NCBI GenBank assembly: GCA_025356545.1
Contig: JANXSU010000293.1
Span: forward strand, 1-55,348
Length of the DNA: 55,348 nucleotides
Source: Comamonadaceae bacterium
GTDB taxonomy: Bacteria > Pseudomonadota > Gammaproteobacteria > Burkholderiales > Burkholderiaceae_C
Reading direction: 5' to 3'
Below are positions 9,157 through 17,310 of the stretch, one piece after another. The number at the start of each line of letters is the position of its first letter. Position 1 is the first letter of the stretch. The position numbers and the translations under genes are program-made. The notes beneath the pieces were generated by a model. The model made no database searches, was not told the origin of the DNA, and saw only the letters and a program-made list of their open reading frames with translations.

Positions 9157-9729
9157 ATGGCCGAATTCAATCCCCCACTCACCAAATCTGACCTCAACCT
9201 CGTCTGGCTCGACTGCGAGATGACCGGGCTGAACCCCGAGACTGAACGTATCATTGAAATCGCCGTCATCGTCACCGGCCCGCACCTGACGCCGCGCGTC
9301 GAAGGTCCGGTGCTCGTCATCCACCAGAGCGACGAGCTGCTGGGCAAGATGGACAAGTGGAACAAGGGCACGCACGGCAAAAGCGGCTTAATTGATAAGG
9401 TCAAAGCATCGACACTGACTGAGGCCGAAGCCGAAGCCCAGTTGCTCGCTTTCTTGAGCCAGTACGTTCCCAAAAGCACCACGCCGATGTGCGGTAACAG
9501 CATCGGCCAGGATAGGCGCTTTCTGGCCAAGTACATGCCCAAGCTGGAGGCCTTCTTCCACTACCGCAACCTGGATGTCAGCACGCTCAAAGAGCTGGCC
9601 CGGCGCTGGCGGCCCGATGTTTTCAGTGGCTTCAAGAAGCAGCAAAAACACACGGCCTTGGCTGATGTCAATGAGTCGATTGAAGAGCTGAAGCACTACC
9701 GGGAGCACTTCCTGAAATTGGCTGATTAG
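9157..9729 (+). CDS. orn: Oligoribonuclease
   Basis: DEDDh exonuclease motifs [22 protein letters not shown] and [14 protein letters not shown]. 190 aa from the internal ATG at 9157. Confidence 0.93.
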   Translation: MAEFNPPLTKSDLNLVWLDCEMTGLNPETERIIEIAVIVTGPHLTPRVEGPVLVIHQSDELLGKMDKWNKGTHGKSGLIDKVKASTLTEAEAEAQLLAFLSQYVPKSTTPMCGNSIGQDRRFLAKYMPKLEAFFHYRNLDVSTLKELARRWRPDVFSGFKKQQKHTALADVNESIEELKHYREHFLKLAD

Positions 9730-9957
9730 GTAGAAACCCGAATCCATGCCATAATTCAAGGCTGCGCTGCATGAGCAACGCATTTTGTGCATCTCCCCTC
9801 ACACACAGGATTTACGGCATAACAAGGCATTACGCTTGTTGCCAAAATAAGTCCCCAGTACTGGCTCAATCGGTACAGGCTTCGTTTGATGGTTGATGTT
9901 TTTTAACCATTGACGGAGCAGTCGCACAACCTGCGGCGCTCGCGTGTGAGTAAATAA

Positions 9958-11901
9958 ATGACCGACACTTTTGACGTGACGGGCGACTTTTCGCCTGTTG
10001 ATTCCCTTTCTATTGCTTCCGATATCGCCACAGACATCACCACCGATGTCGCCGCTGAGCCTGAAGTGACCTTGCCCAACGGCTTCGTCACCATTGGCCT
10101 GGCCCCTGAGTTGGTGCAGGCTTGTGTCGATCTGGGCTACACCCAGCCGACCGCAGTGCAGACCCAGGTCATCCCCATGGCTTTGCCGGCCGTCGTTGAG
10201 GGCAACACGCCCCAGAAATTCATCGACCTGATGGTCTCCAGCCAGACGGGTAGCGGCAAGACGGCGGCTTTCTTGCTGCCCGTGCTGCACACCCTGCTCA
10301 AGCAGAACGCCGACGCAGAAGCCAAAGAGCGTGCCGACTTTGAACAAGCTGTGGCCGACGCTGCCGCCAAAGGCGAGCCCGCGCCTAAGCGCGCCAAGCG
10401 CAAAGACCCCACCAATGCACGCAACTTCAAAGCACCGACACCCGGCGCGCTGATTTTGTGCCCCACGCGTGAACTCGCCCAGCAAGTTGCGCACGATGCG
10501 ATTGACCTGGTCAAGCATTGCCGTGGCCTGCGCGTGGCCAGCGTGGTGGGCGGTATGCCTTACCAGTTGCAAATTGCCAAGCTGCAAAACGCCGACCTCG
10601 TGGTTGCCACACCGGGCCGCTTGCTGGATCTGCAACGCTCCATGCAAATCAAACTCGACCAGGTTCAGTTCCTGGTGGTGGACGAAGCCGACCGCATGTT
10701 GGACCTCGGTTTCTCCGACGATCTGGCCGAAGTCAACCAGCTCACCATTCAGCGTCGCCAGACCATGATGTTCAGCGCCACATTTGCGCCGCGCATTCAG
10801 CAGTTGGCCATGCGCGTGATGCGTGACAACGGCTCTTCTGCCAAGAAGATCCAGATCGATAGTCCGCAAGAAAAGCACGCCAACATCAAGCAAGTGCTGT
10901 TCTGGGCCGACAACGCCCAACACAAGCGTCAGTTGCTCGACCATTGGTTGCGTGACGCCACCATCAACCAAGCCATTGTGTTTGCCAGCACCCAAATTGA
11001 GTGCGACGGCTTGGCCAATGACTTGCAGCAAGACGGCTTTGACGCTGTGGCTCTGCACGGTGCCCTGAGCCAAGGCCTGCGCAACCGCCGCCTGATGGCG
11101 CTGCGCCAAGGTCAAGTGCAAATTCTGGTGGCAACCGACGTGGCCGCGCGCGGCATTGACGTGCCTACCGTGACCCACGTGTTCAACTTCGGCTTGCCCA
11201 TGAAGGCTGAGGACTACACCCACCGCATTGGCCGCACGGGTCGTGCAGGCCGTGACGGCTTGGCCATCACCTTTGCTGAGTTGCGTGATCGTCGCAAGAT
11301 TTTCGACATCGAGGCCTACAACCGCCAGCCGATCAAGGCTGAAGTGGTCCCCGGCATGGAGCCTAAGCAACGCGTGCCTGATTCACGTCCGGGCGGTAAC
11401 TTTGGTGGCCGCGACAGCCGTGGCGGTAACGATAACTTCTCGCGCGAGCGTAAGTTTGGCGGTGGCCGCCCCAGCGGTGGTGGCGGTGGATTTGGCGGCG
11501 GCGGCTTCGGCGGCGACCGCGCACCTCGCGTCGGTGGTTTCGGTGCTGACCGCGCTTCACGTGAGGGTGGCTTCGGTGGTGGTAGTTCAGGCGGTGGTTT
11601 CGGTGGCGGCAATGACGGCGCCCGTGATGGCCGCAGCTACGAGCGCAAAGGCGGCTTCAACGACCGCTTCGCAGGCGATAACCGCCGCGACGCTGCACCG
11701 CGCGGTGATTTCGCCCCTCGCGGTGACTTTGCCCCGCGTGGTGAATTCGCACCGCGCAAGCCTTCCTTTGACAAGCCTGCATTTGGTAAACCCATGGGTA
11801 TCAAGTCTGGTTTTGCCAAGCCTGCAGGCCATGCCGGTAACGGCGGTAAAGTGTTCGTGCCGCGTGATGCGGCCAAGCGCCCCGCCAAGCCAGCGCGTTG
11901 A
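9958..11901 (+). CDS. DEAD-box ATP-dependent RNA helicase with a long Arg/Gly-rich C-terminal tail
   Basis: Motifs: Q motif GYTQPTAVQ, SQTGSGKT, VVDEADRM, SAT, HRIGRTGRAG. About 180 C-terminal residues are GGFGG/RGD-type low complexity. Confidence 0.93.
   Translation: MTDTFDVTGDFSPVDSLSIASDIATDITTDVAAEPEVTLPNGFVTIGLAPELVQACVDLGYTQPTAVQTQVIPMALPAVVEGNTPQKFIDLMVSSQTGSGKTAAFLLPVLHTLLKQNADAEAKERADFEQAVADAAAKGEPAPKRAKRKDPTNARNFKAPTPGALILCPTRELAQQVAHDAIDLVKHCRGLRVASVVGGMPYQLQIAKLQNADLVVATPGRLLDLQRSMQIKLDQVQFLVVDEADRMLDLGFSDDLAEVNQLTIQRRQTMMFSATFAPRIQQLAMRVMRDNGSSAKKIQIDSPQEKHANIKQVLFWADNAQHKRQLLDHWLRDATINQAIVFASTQIECDGLANDLQQDGFDAVALHGALSQGLRNRRLMALRQGQVQILVATDVAARGIDVPTVTHVFNFGLPMKAEDYTHRIGRTGRAGRDGLAITFAELRDRRKIFDIEAYNRQPIKAEVVPGMEPKQRVPDSRPGGNFGGRDSRGGNDNFSRERKFGGGRPSGGGGGFGGGGFGGDRAPRVGGFGADRASREGGFGGGSSGGGFGGGNDGARDGRSYERKGGFNDRFAGDNRRDAAPRGDFAPRGDFAPRGEFAPRKPSFDKPAFGKPMGIKSGFAKPAGHAGNGGKVFVPRDAAKRPAKPAR
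11695..11760 (+). repeat. In-frame 18-bp tandem repeat (about 3.6 copies) encoding APRGDF units in the helicase tail
   Basis: Units gcaccgcgcggtgatttc / gcccctcgcggtgacttt / gccccgcgtggtgaattc / gcaccgcgcaag. Confidence 0.9.
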
Positions 11902-11926
11902 TTCGTACGACTATCGAATAAAACAC

Positions 11927-11976
11927 ACCCTGATTAAAAAATAGGCCTGCAACCTATGGCCTAATACAGGGTTTTT
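11927..11976 (+). terminator. Possible terminator after the helicase gene
   Basis: ACCCTG (11927-11932) pairs with CAGGGT (11967-11972), followed by TTTT. There is an inner AGGCC/GGCCT hairpin. The loop is long, so confidence is moderate. Confidence 0.45.
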
Positions 11977-11997
11977 ACGCAACTACAGGAACCTCAA

Positions 11998-12168
11998 ATG
12001 GGTAACAAAATCGTCACCGAAGCAGATCGCAAAGCCACTCCTAAACCGAAGCCGTTGCCCGGCATGAGCCCGACCGCCGTGGGTCATGGTCAGAAGGTCA
12101 GTCTTGAGCGTGGTAAAGCCACTCGCAGCAAGAAAAACCCAGGCAAGCGTCCTTCCAAAGGCGGTTAA
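11998..12168 (+). CDS. Small (56 aa) highly basic hypothetical protein
   Basis: Below the ORF-track length cutoff. ATG at 11998 is preceded by AGGAA. Translation: MGNKIVTEADRKATPKPKPLPGMSPTAVGHGQKVSLERGKATRSKKNPGKRPSKGG. Stop TAA at 12166-12168, followed by a strong terminator. Confidence 0.5.
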   Translation: MGNKIVTEADRKATPKPKPLPGMSPTAVGHGQKVSLERGKATRSKKNPGKRPSKGG

Positions 12169-12194
12169 TCTGCCGCACGGTTGGTTTCGCCCCT

Positions 12195-12222
12195 AAAAAA
12201 GCCCTCTTCTGAGGGCTTTTTT
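12195..12222. terminator. Bidirectional rho-independent terminator
   Basis: AAAAAAGCCCTC-TTCT-GAGGGCTTTTTT lies between the convergent small ORF and the Bug gene. Confidence 0.75.
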
Positions 12223-12237
12223 ACGTCTATGGCTTGC

Positions 12238-13218
12238 TTAGGTGTCGAGCTGAATATGCCGCTCTTTCGCCAGCTTGCTCCAGCGGGCGATATCGGTTTT
12301 GACGAAGGTGAAAAAGGCCTCTGGGCTCATGGGTTTTAACTCCACCGCCTCGCTGGAGAGTTTTTCTTTGAAGTCGGGCTGACTCAACACCTTGTTCAAA
12401 GCCTCGTTGAGTGGTTTGACCACCGCCGGTGCCAGGCCTGCTGGCCCCATGACGCCATACCACTGCTGCGCGTCAAAACCTCTCAGCCCCGCTTCTTCAA
12501 ACGTGGGCACATCCTTGAGCAAAGGGTGGCGTTGTGTGCCTGTAACCGCCAGGGCGCGAATGCGCCCGCTGCGGATGTGAGGCAGCCCGCCCGCCAAGCT
12601 GGGGAACATGGCCTGTGTCTGGCCCGAAATCAAATCGGTAAACGCAGGCGCAATACCCCGGTAGGGGATGTGCAGCATGAACGTGTCAGTTTGCAGTTTG
12701 AACAACTCTGCCACCAAGTGGGTGAGTGAACCCGCGCCGCCCGAGCCATAAGACACTTTGCCGGGGTTTTTGCGCAGGTAGTCAACAAAGCCTTTCACGT
12801 CACTCATGGGTAGTGCCGCATTCACGCACAGAACGTTGGGCGTGGTACCAATCAAGCCAATGGGTGTGAAGTCGCGCAGCGCGTCATAGGGCAGCTTGCG
12901 CGTGGCGGGTGCCGTGCCATGCGTGCCCACATAGGCTTGCATCAGCGTGTAACCGTCGGGTGCGGCGCGCGCCGTAGTTTGAGATCCAATCACCCCACCG
13001 CCGCCGCCCAGGTTGTCAACCACCATGGGCTGGCCCAGAAGACGACCCATGCGCTCGCACACGGCGCGCGCAATCATGTCGGCACCACCACCCGCAGCCA
13101 GCGGCAGGATGTAGCGGATGGGCTTGCTGGGGTAGGTGCTTTGCGCGTGTGTGGGTTGGGGTAGCCAGCACAGCAGTGGCGCGGCTGATGTGGCGCTTAG
13201 CAGGGTTCGGCGTTGCAT
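12238..13218 (-). CDS. Bug-family (TctC-like) tripartite tricarboxylate transporter substrate-binding protein
   Basis: Signal peptide, then PIRYILPLAAGGGADMIARA...VVDNLGGGGG, the typical Bug family signature. Confidence 0.9.
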   Translation of the reverse strand: MQRRTLLSATSAAPLLCWLPQPTHAQSTYPSKPIRYILPLAAGGGADMIARAVCERMGRLLGQPMVVDNLGGGGGVIGSQTTARAAPDGYTLMQAYVGTHGTAPATRKLPYDALRDFTPIGLIGTTPNVLCVNAALPMSDVKGFVDYLRKNPGKVSYGSGGAGSLTHLVAELFKLQTDTFMLHIPYRGIAPAFTDLISGQTQAMFPSLAGGLPHIRSGRIRALAVTGTQRHPLLKDVPTFEEAGLRGFDAQQWYGVMGPAGLAPAVVKPLNEALNKVLSQPDFKEKLSSEAVELKPMSPEAFFTFVKTDIARWSKLAKERHIQLDT

Positions 13219-13256
13219 GGAGTTTCTCTCGGGGCTCTAGGGCTGCTGGGGCGGGC

Positions 13257-14411
13257 TCAAGCCGTGCCCCACACCCGCTGCGCTACTTCCACCACACGCG
13301 TCAGTTTTCGCCACTGGTCATCGGGCGTGATGATGTTGCCCTCTACCGTGCTGGCAAAACCGCATTGTGGGCTAATGGCAAGGTCTTCCAGCGGGATGAG
13401 CTTGCTGGCGCTGTCAATGCGGCGCATCAGGTCGTCGGCGCTCTCAAGCTGACCACGCTTGGTGGTGACCAGGCCCAGCACCACGCGCACACCGCGCGGC
13501 ACGTGGCGCAGCGGCTCGAAGTCCCCTGAGCGCTCGTCGTCATATTCCAGCAGGAAATGATCCACCTTGAGCCCACCCAGCACGCTCTCAGCAATGCGCT
13601 CATAGCCGCCCTCGGCGATCCAGCCGCTGCGTGAATTACCCCGGCACACGTGAATGCCTATGGCTGTGTCGGGGCGTCGCCCGGCGATGCATGCATTGGT
13701 CAAGTCCACATAGCGGCGCAAGCGGGCGTCCGGGTCATCCCCCGCAGCCACCACCTCAGCACGCATGCGTTCGCTGATGAAGTAAGTCATCAAGGGATCG
13801 TCGATCTGGATGTAGCGGCAACCCGCAGCCTCCAGCGCGGCAATCTCGGCTCGATACACCTGGGCCAGGTCGGCAAAAAATTCTTCGATGTCAGGATAAG
13901 CCTGCGCAGACACCGCCGCCCGCCCGCCATGGAAATGCAGGCGCGTGGGCGAGGGCAGAGTCACCTTGGCCGCGCGCGTGGCGACGCTGTTCAAAAAGGA
14001 AAAATCCGGCGCGGTGATGGGTGCTGCGGCATGCACTTTGCCGGTGGTCAGCACATTCTTAGGCACGTATTGCCAGCCGTGGTCATGGTCGTCATGGCTG
14101 TGATCGTGCCCATGATCGTCAACGCTAGAGGGGGCGACAAACGCCTGCCCCGGATCGCCATCGCGAATCTCAACCCCCGAGAGCCCAGCCACAAAATCAA
14201 TCCACCAGTTCTCACGGCGAAACTCACCATCCACCACCACATCAAAGCCAATGCGCTCTTGCTCGGCCACGATGTGGCGGATGGCCGCATCTTCCGCGCT
14301 GCGCAAGGCCGCGTGTGTGATCTCGCCCGTTCGAGCCTGCGCTCGCGCCCGAATCAACTCGGGCGGGCGCAGGAGGCTGCCGACTTGGTCGGCACGAAAA
14401 AATGGTTTCAT
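13257..14411 (-). CDS. Cobalamin-independent methionine synthase (MetE C-terminal domain)-like protein
   Basis: MKPFFRADQVGSLLRPPELIRAR... and C-terminal ...ISPQCGFAS match the COG0620 / methionine synthase II family. Contains an unusual DDHGHDHSHDDHDHG insertion. Confidence 0.8.
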   Translation of the reverse strand: MKPFFRADQVGSLLRPPELIRARAQARTGEITHAALRSAEDAAIRHIVAEQERIGFDVVVDGEFRRENWWIDFVAGLSGVEIRDGDPGQAFVAPSSVDDHGHDHSHDDHDHGWQYVPKNVLTTGKVHAAAPITAPDFSFLNSVATRAAKVTLPSPTRLHFHGGRAAVSAQAYPDIEEFFADLAQVYRAEIAALEAAGCRYIQIDDPLMTYFISERMRAEVVAAGDDPDARLRRYVDLTNACIAGRRPDTAIGIHVCRGNSRSGWIAEGGYERIAESVLGGLKVDHFLLEYDDERSGDFEPLRHVPRGVRVVLGLVTTKRGQLESADDLMRRIDSASKLIPLEDLAISPQCGFASTVEGNIITPDDQWRKLTRVVEVAQRVWGTA

Positions 14412-15595
14412 TTCGAACGTGGTGGGTCGCGCACATCTTTGTGTTCTTCAAACTCGATGTTGTACAGCGCGCCGTCTTTGCGCTCCACCTTGCGGACGTA
14501 CACGCTTTGCACAATGTCTCGGGTGTTGGCGTCGATGTAGATCTGTCCGCGTGGGCTCTCAAAAATTTGCCCCTTCATGGCAGCCAGCAAGGCATCGCCG
14601 CCGCCTTTACCACCTGTCGTTTTCAGCGCTTCGTAAATCAGGTGCATGCCGTCATAGCCGGTCACGGCCACCACATTCGGGCGCATGTTTTTATTTGCTT
14701 TTTGGAAGGCGTCCACAAACTTCTTGTTCACTGCCGAGGGGTGCGCGGTGGAGTAGGGGTAGGAGGTCACCACGCCCAGTGCGGCGTCGCCCATGGAGTT
14801 CAGGATGTCATCGTCCACCACATCACCCGTACCAATCAGGCGAATGCCGGCTTTGGCCAAACCGCGTTCGGCAAACTGGTTCATCACCGCGGTGCCTATG
14901 CCCGATGGCACAAACACAAACAGCGCATCCGGTGCCAGGTCGCGCACCTTTTGCAAGAAAGGCGCAAAGTCAGGGTTGCGCATCGGCACGCGGATCGATT
15001 CGATGATTTGCCCGCCGTTGAAGATGAATCGCTCACGGAAGGTGCGCTCGGCATCCAGGCCCGGGCCGTAGTCCGACACCAAGGTGACGACCCGTTTGAT
15101 TTTGTTCTTTGGCGCCCAATCGGCAATGCCCAGGGTGATCTGTGGCAGGGTCATGGAAACGCGCACCATGTAGGGCGAGGCATCAATCACGGCCGAGGTG
15201 GCCGCCAGCATGTTGACCATGGGTGTCTTCGATTGCGTGGCTACGGGGGCGGTGGCCAGTGCCAGCGGCGTCAAGCCAAAACCGGCCAGCACGTCCACCT
15301 TCTCATTCACGACCAGCTCTTGCGCCAAGCGTTTGGTCACATCGGGTGTGCCCGTGTCATCCTTGAGGATCAGCTCCACTTTGCGCCCGGCAATCAGGCC
15401 GCTGTTTTGCGCCATCCACAGGCGTGCGCCAGCTTCCATCTGTTTGCCCGTTGACGCGAATGGCCCGGTCATGGGTGCGAGCAGCCCGATTTTGAACGGA
15501 GCCTGCTGTGCTGATGCGTGCAAAGACGCCAGCGCAAAGGGTGCGGCTGCAATGGCCTTGATGACGGAACGCTTATCCATGTCTGTCTCCTTCAA
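14408..15595 (-). CDS. ABC transporter substrate-binding protein, Leu/Ile/Val-binding (LivJ-like, type I PBP) family
   Basis: Signal peptide ending ASLHASAQQ, then APFKIGLLAPMTGPFASTGKQMEAGARLW, typical of the family. Its stop overlaps the MetE-like start by 4 bp. Confidence 0.85.
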   Translation of the reverse strand: MKETDMDKRSVIKAIAAAPFALASLHASAQQAPFKIGLLAPMTGPFASTGKQMEAGARLWMAQNSGLIAGRKVELILKDDTGTPDVTKRLAQELVVNEKVDVLAGFGLTPLALATAPVATQSKTPMVNMLAATSAVIDASPYMVRVSMTLPQITLGIADWAPKNKIKRVVTLVSDYGPGLDAERTFRERFIFNGGQIIESIRVPMRNPDFAPFLQKVRDLAPDALFVFVPSGIGTAVMNQFAERGLAKAGIRLIGTGDVVDDDILNSMGDAALGVVTSYPYSTAHPSAVNKKFVDAFQKANKNMRPNVVAVTGYDGMHLIYEALKTTGGKGGGDALLAAMKGQIFESPRGQIYIDANTRDIVQSVYVRKVERKDGALYNIEFEEHKDVRDPPRSK

Positions 15596-15697
15596 TTATT
15601 GATGGTTCAAAAAATCCAAGGCCCCGAAAACAGCCCTTGAAAGCGAAGTATCGCACGCTGCAAAACGTTAGACTTCTCCCGAAAATCGAAAGGAAAA

Positions 15698-16276
15698 ATG
15701 ATGATCACTCCCGCTGACGCAAACCCCTACACACTCGCTCATTTTGTCGATGACTTCAGAGCCATCGCAGTGAACAACAGCGACACCCATGACGTGCTCA
15801 AGCGCCTTGCCCCACTGGCCGAATCGCTGGCCGCCTCTGCCGACTTGAAAGCGCGCGTGCGCAAAGACTGCGACCCGACTCAGGGCTTTGCTTTTCAGGT
15901 GCTGCATGAAGAGCCCGACCACACCCTGGCCGTGGCCGTGCTCAGCTGGCTCCCCGGTCGGGGCACACCGCCGCATGATCACGGCACCTGGGGCCTGGTG
16001 GTGGGGGTGGAAGGCGATGAGGTCAATGAGTTCTGGAAACGCGTGGATGACGGCACGAAACCCGGCCACGCCGAGCTGCAAAAACTCAGCGAGAAAGTGT
16101 TTGCCCCCGGCCAAACCCTGCTGCTCACACCCAACATCATCCACAGCGTGCGCAACGACTCTGACGAGATCAGTGTGTCGCTCCACATCTACGGCAAACA
16201 CGTCAATTTCACCAACCGCTCACGGTTTGACCCTGAGCAAAAAACTGTGACACCTTGGTTGGTGACCCAGAGTTGA
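15698..16276 (+). CDS. Cupin-fold metalloprotein (cysteine dioxygenase type I-like / COG5553-like)
   Basis: 192 aa. The motifs GTPPHDHGTWGLVVGVEG and HIYG match metal-binding cupin motifs. Confidence 0.7.
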   Translation: MMITPADANPYTLAHFVDDFRAIAVNNSDTHDVLKRLAPLAESLAASADLKARVRKDCDPTQGFAFQVLHEEPDHTLAVAVLSWLPGRGTPPHDHGTWGLVVGVEGDEVNEFWKRVDDGTKPGHAELQKLSEKVFAPGQTLLLTPNIIHSVRNDSDEISVSLHIYGKHVNFTNRSRFDPEQKTVTPWLVTQS

Positions 16277-16290
16277 CCCTCCCCATCTAA

Positions 16291-16810
16291 GCCGATGTTG
16301 TTGCCGCCGCAGACCGCCTGCAGAGCCATGCCCACCGCACCCCGGTGCTGCGCTCGCGCACGGCGGATGAGTTGCTGGGGGTCAGCGTGTACTTCAAGTC
16401 TGAGAATTTTCAGCGCATGGGGGCGTTTAAATTCCGTGGCGCATTCAATGCCTTGTCGCGCTTTGACGCGTTGCAGCGTCGGTCAGATGTCGTTTCACTC
16501 GGGCCACATTGTTCGCATACCTACGTCCAAGACGATTGCGGACGAGGCGCAGTCCCAAGCGCTGGGTGAATACACCTTTGCGGTGATTCAGCGCGATGTA
16601 GACGACGTGCTCACCGCCACCGACGCACAGCTGGTGCAGGCCATGCGCTTCTTTGCCGAGCGCATGAAGATGGTGGTGGAGCCCACCGGGTGCCTGGGCT
16701 TTGCTGCGGCTTGCCACGCGGGCGTGCCGCTGGCGGGGCAGAGGGTGGGGGTGAACATCAGTGTGGGGAATGTGGATTTGGGGCGGTTAGGGGAGTTTCT
16801 GGCGCTGTAG
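16291..16810 (+). pseudogene. Remnant of a PLP-dependent threonine/serine dehydratase (serine racemase-like) gene
   Basis: Frame A reads ADVVAAADRLQSHAHRTPVLRSRTADELLGVSVYFKSENFQRMGAFKFRGAFNALSRFDALQRR, which includes the PLP-lysine motif. It is preceded by an in-frame TAA at 16288 and has no start. Frame B reads SFHSGHIVRIPTSKTIADEAQSQALGEYTFAVIQRDVDDVLT...RMKMVVEPTGCLGFAAA, the C-terminal domain. That is about 173 codons in total, against about 320 expected. Confidence 0.65.
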
Positions 16811-16885
16811 CGGCAATCAAGTTACGCGTCATTGGTGTGAATAACGTATATACTTAATTCATATTTATTCAACTCAGGACGCACC

Positions 16886-17146
16886 ATGTCAAAAGATGCC
16901 GTATTTACGATGAAGCTTGAGCCCGAGCTTCGAGCCGACTTCATGGCCGAGACTGAAGCCGTACACCGGCCTGCGTCACAAGTTTTGCGCGAGCTGATGC
17001 GTGATTTTGTTCAACGCCAGAGGGAAATCAGAGCTCACGACGCCTTTTTGCGTGCCAAGGTTGAAGTGGCGAGGGTTTCAATGCGTGCCGGTTTGGGTCG
17101 TTCCAATGAGGATGTCGAAGCTGCATTCTCCAAACGTCGGGCCTAA
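16886..17146 (+). CDS. RHH-type antitoxin (ParD-like)
   Basis: 86 aa. FTMKLEPELRADFMAETEAVHRPASQVLRELMRDFV is a ribbon-helix-helix N-terminus. It has the same architecture as the antitoxin at 52245 (shared D-x-[WF]-[FL]-[RK]-AKV motif). Confidence 0.75.
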   Translation: MSKDAVFTMKLEPELRADFMAETEAVHRPASQVLRELMRDFVQRQREIRAHDAFLRAKVEVARVSMRAGLGRSNEDVEAAFSKRRA

Positions 17147-17160
17147 GCGTTGGGCTCCGC

Positions 17161-17307
17161 GTGAGAGTCATCTGGAGCCCGCAAGCGGAGCAAGACCGCG
17201 TGGACATTTGGGACTACATCGCTGCAGATAACCCAACCGCTGCTGTGCAGATGGATGAGTTGTTTGGCAAAGCAGCAGCTAGGCAGTGGCCACCTGCCCG
17301 GCGTTAA
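17161..17307 (+). pseudogene. Truncated ParE/RelE-family toxin remnant (48 codons)
   Basis: From a GTG start: VRVIWSPQAEQDRVDIWDYIAADNPTAAVQMDELFGKAAARQWPPARR. The N-terminal half aligns with the intact ParE at 52517 (IEDHIAHDNPSAAIDLW). The central beta-sheet core is absent. The stop lies 3 nt from the end of the convergent Bug gene. Confidence 0.6.
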
Positions 17308-17310
17308 CCC

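Noticed and set aside
9087-9542. N-terminal extensions offered by the ORF track. They occur for the M48 peptidase here, and also for 26724-28736, 41015-42178, 45965-47455, 8956-9729, 3271-4116, 24738-25958 and 38726-39742.
   Set aside because: The extended parts overlap neighbouring genes or run through non-coding-looking sequence. Internal starts give N-termini that match the families (signal peptides, P-loops, HTH), so I used those instead.
9799-11370. 523-aa ORF on the minus strand, antisense to the DEAD-box helicase
   Set aside because: It lies entirely within a gene that has unmistakable helicase motifs on the other strand. Its translation is His/Gly/Val/Arg-rich with no recognisable motif. 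Long antisense 'shadow' ORFs are expected at this GC content.
11695-11760. Repeated RGD tripeptides in the helicase tail as possible adhesion motifs
   Set aside because: This is a cytoplasmic RNA helicase. The RGD units are simply part of an Arg/Gly/Asp-Phe low-complexity repeat.
11228-11944. 238-aa alternative-frame ORF over the helicase tail
   Set aside because: It is an artefact of the repetitive GGC/GGT-rich tail. The helicase frame is continuous from the conserved core.
14402-15454. 350-aa plus-strand ORF overlapping the LivJ-like binding-protein gene. Similar shadow ORFs occur at 18307-19050, 26946-28385, 36403-37662, 39819-40439, 31763-32599 and 33413-34264.
   Set aside because: Each is antisense or out of frame to a gene with clear family signatures. 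Their compositions are typical of GC-rich non-coding frames.
13219-15697. Possible cobalamin or SAM riboswitch upstream of the MetE-like gene
   Set aside because: The MetE-like gene is translationally coupled to the upstream binding-protein gene. The only leader (15596-15697) is about 100 nt, and I could not recognise a B12-box or SAM-type conserved core in it.
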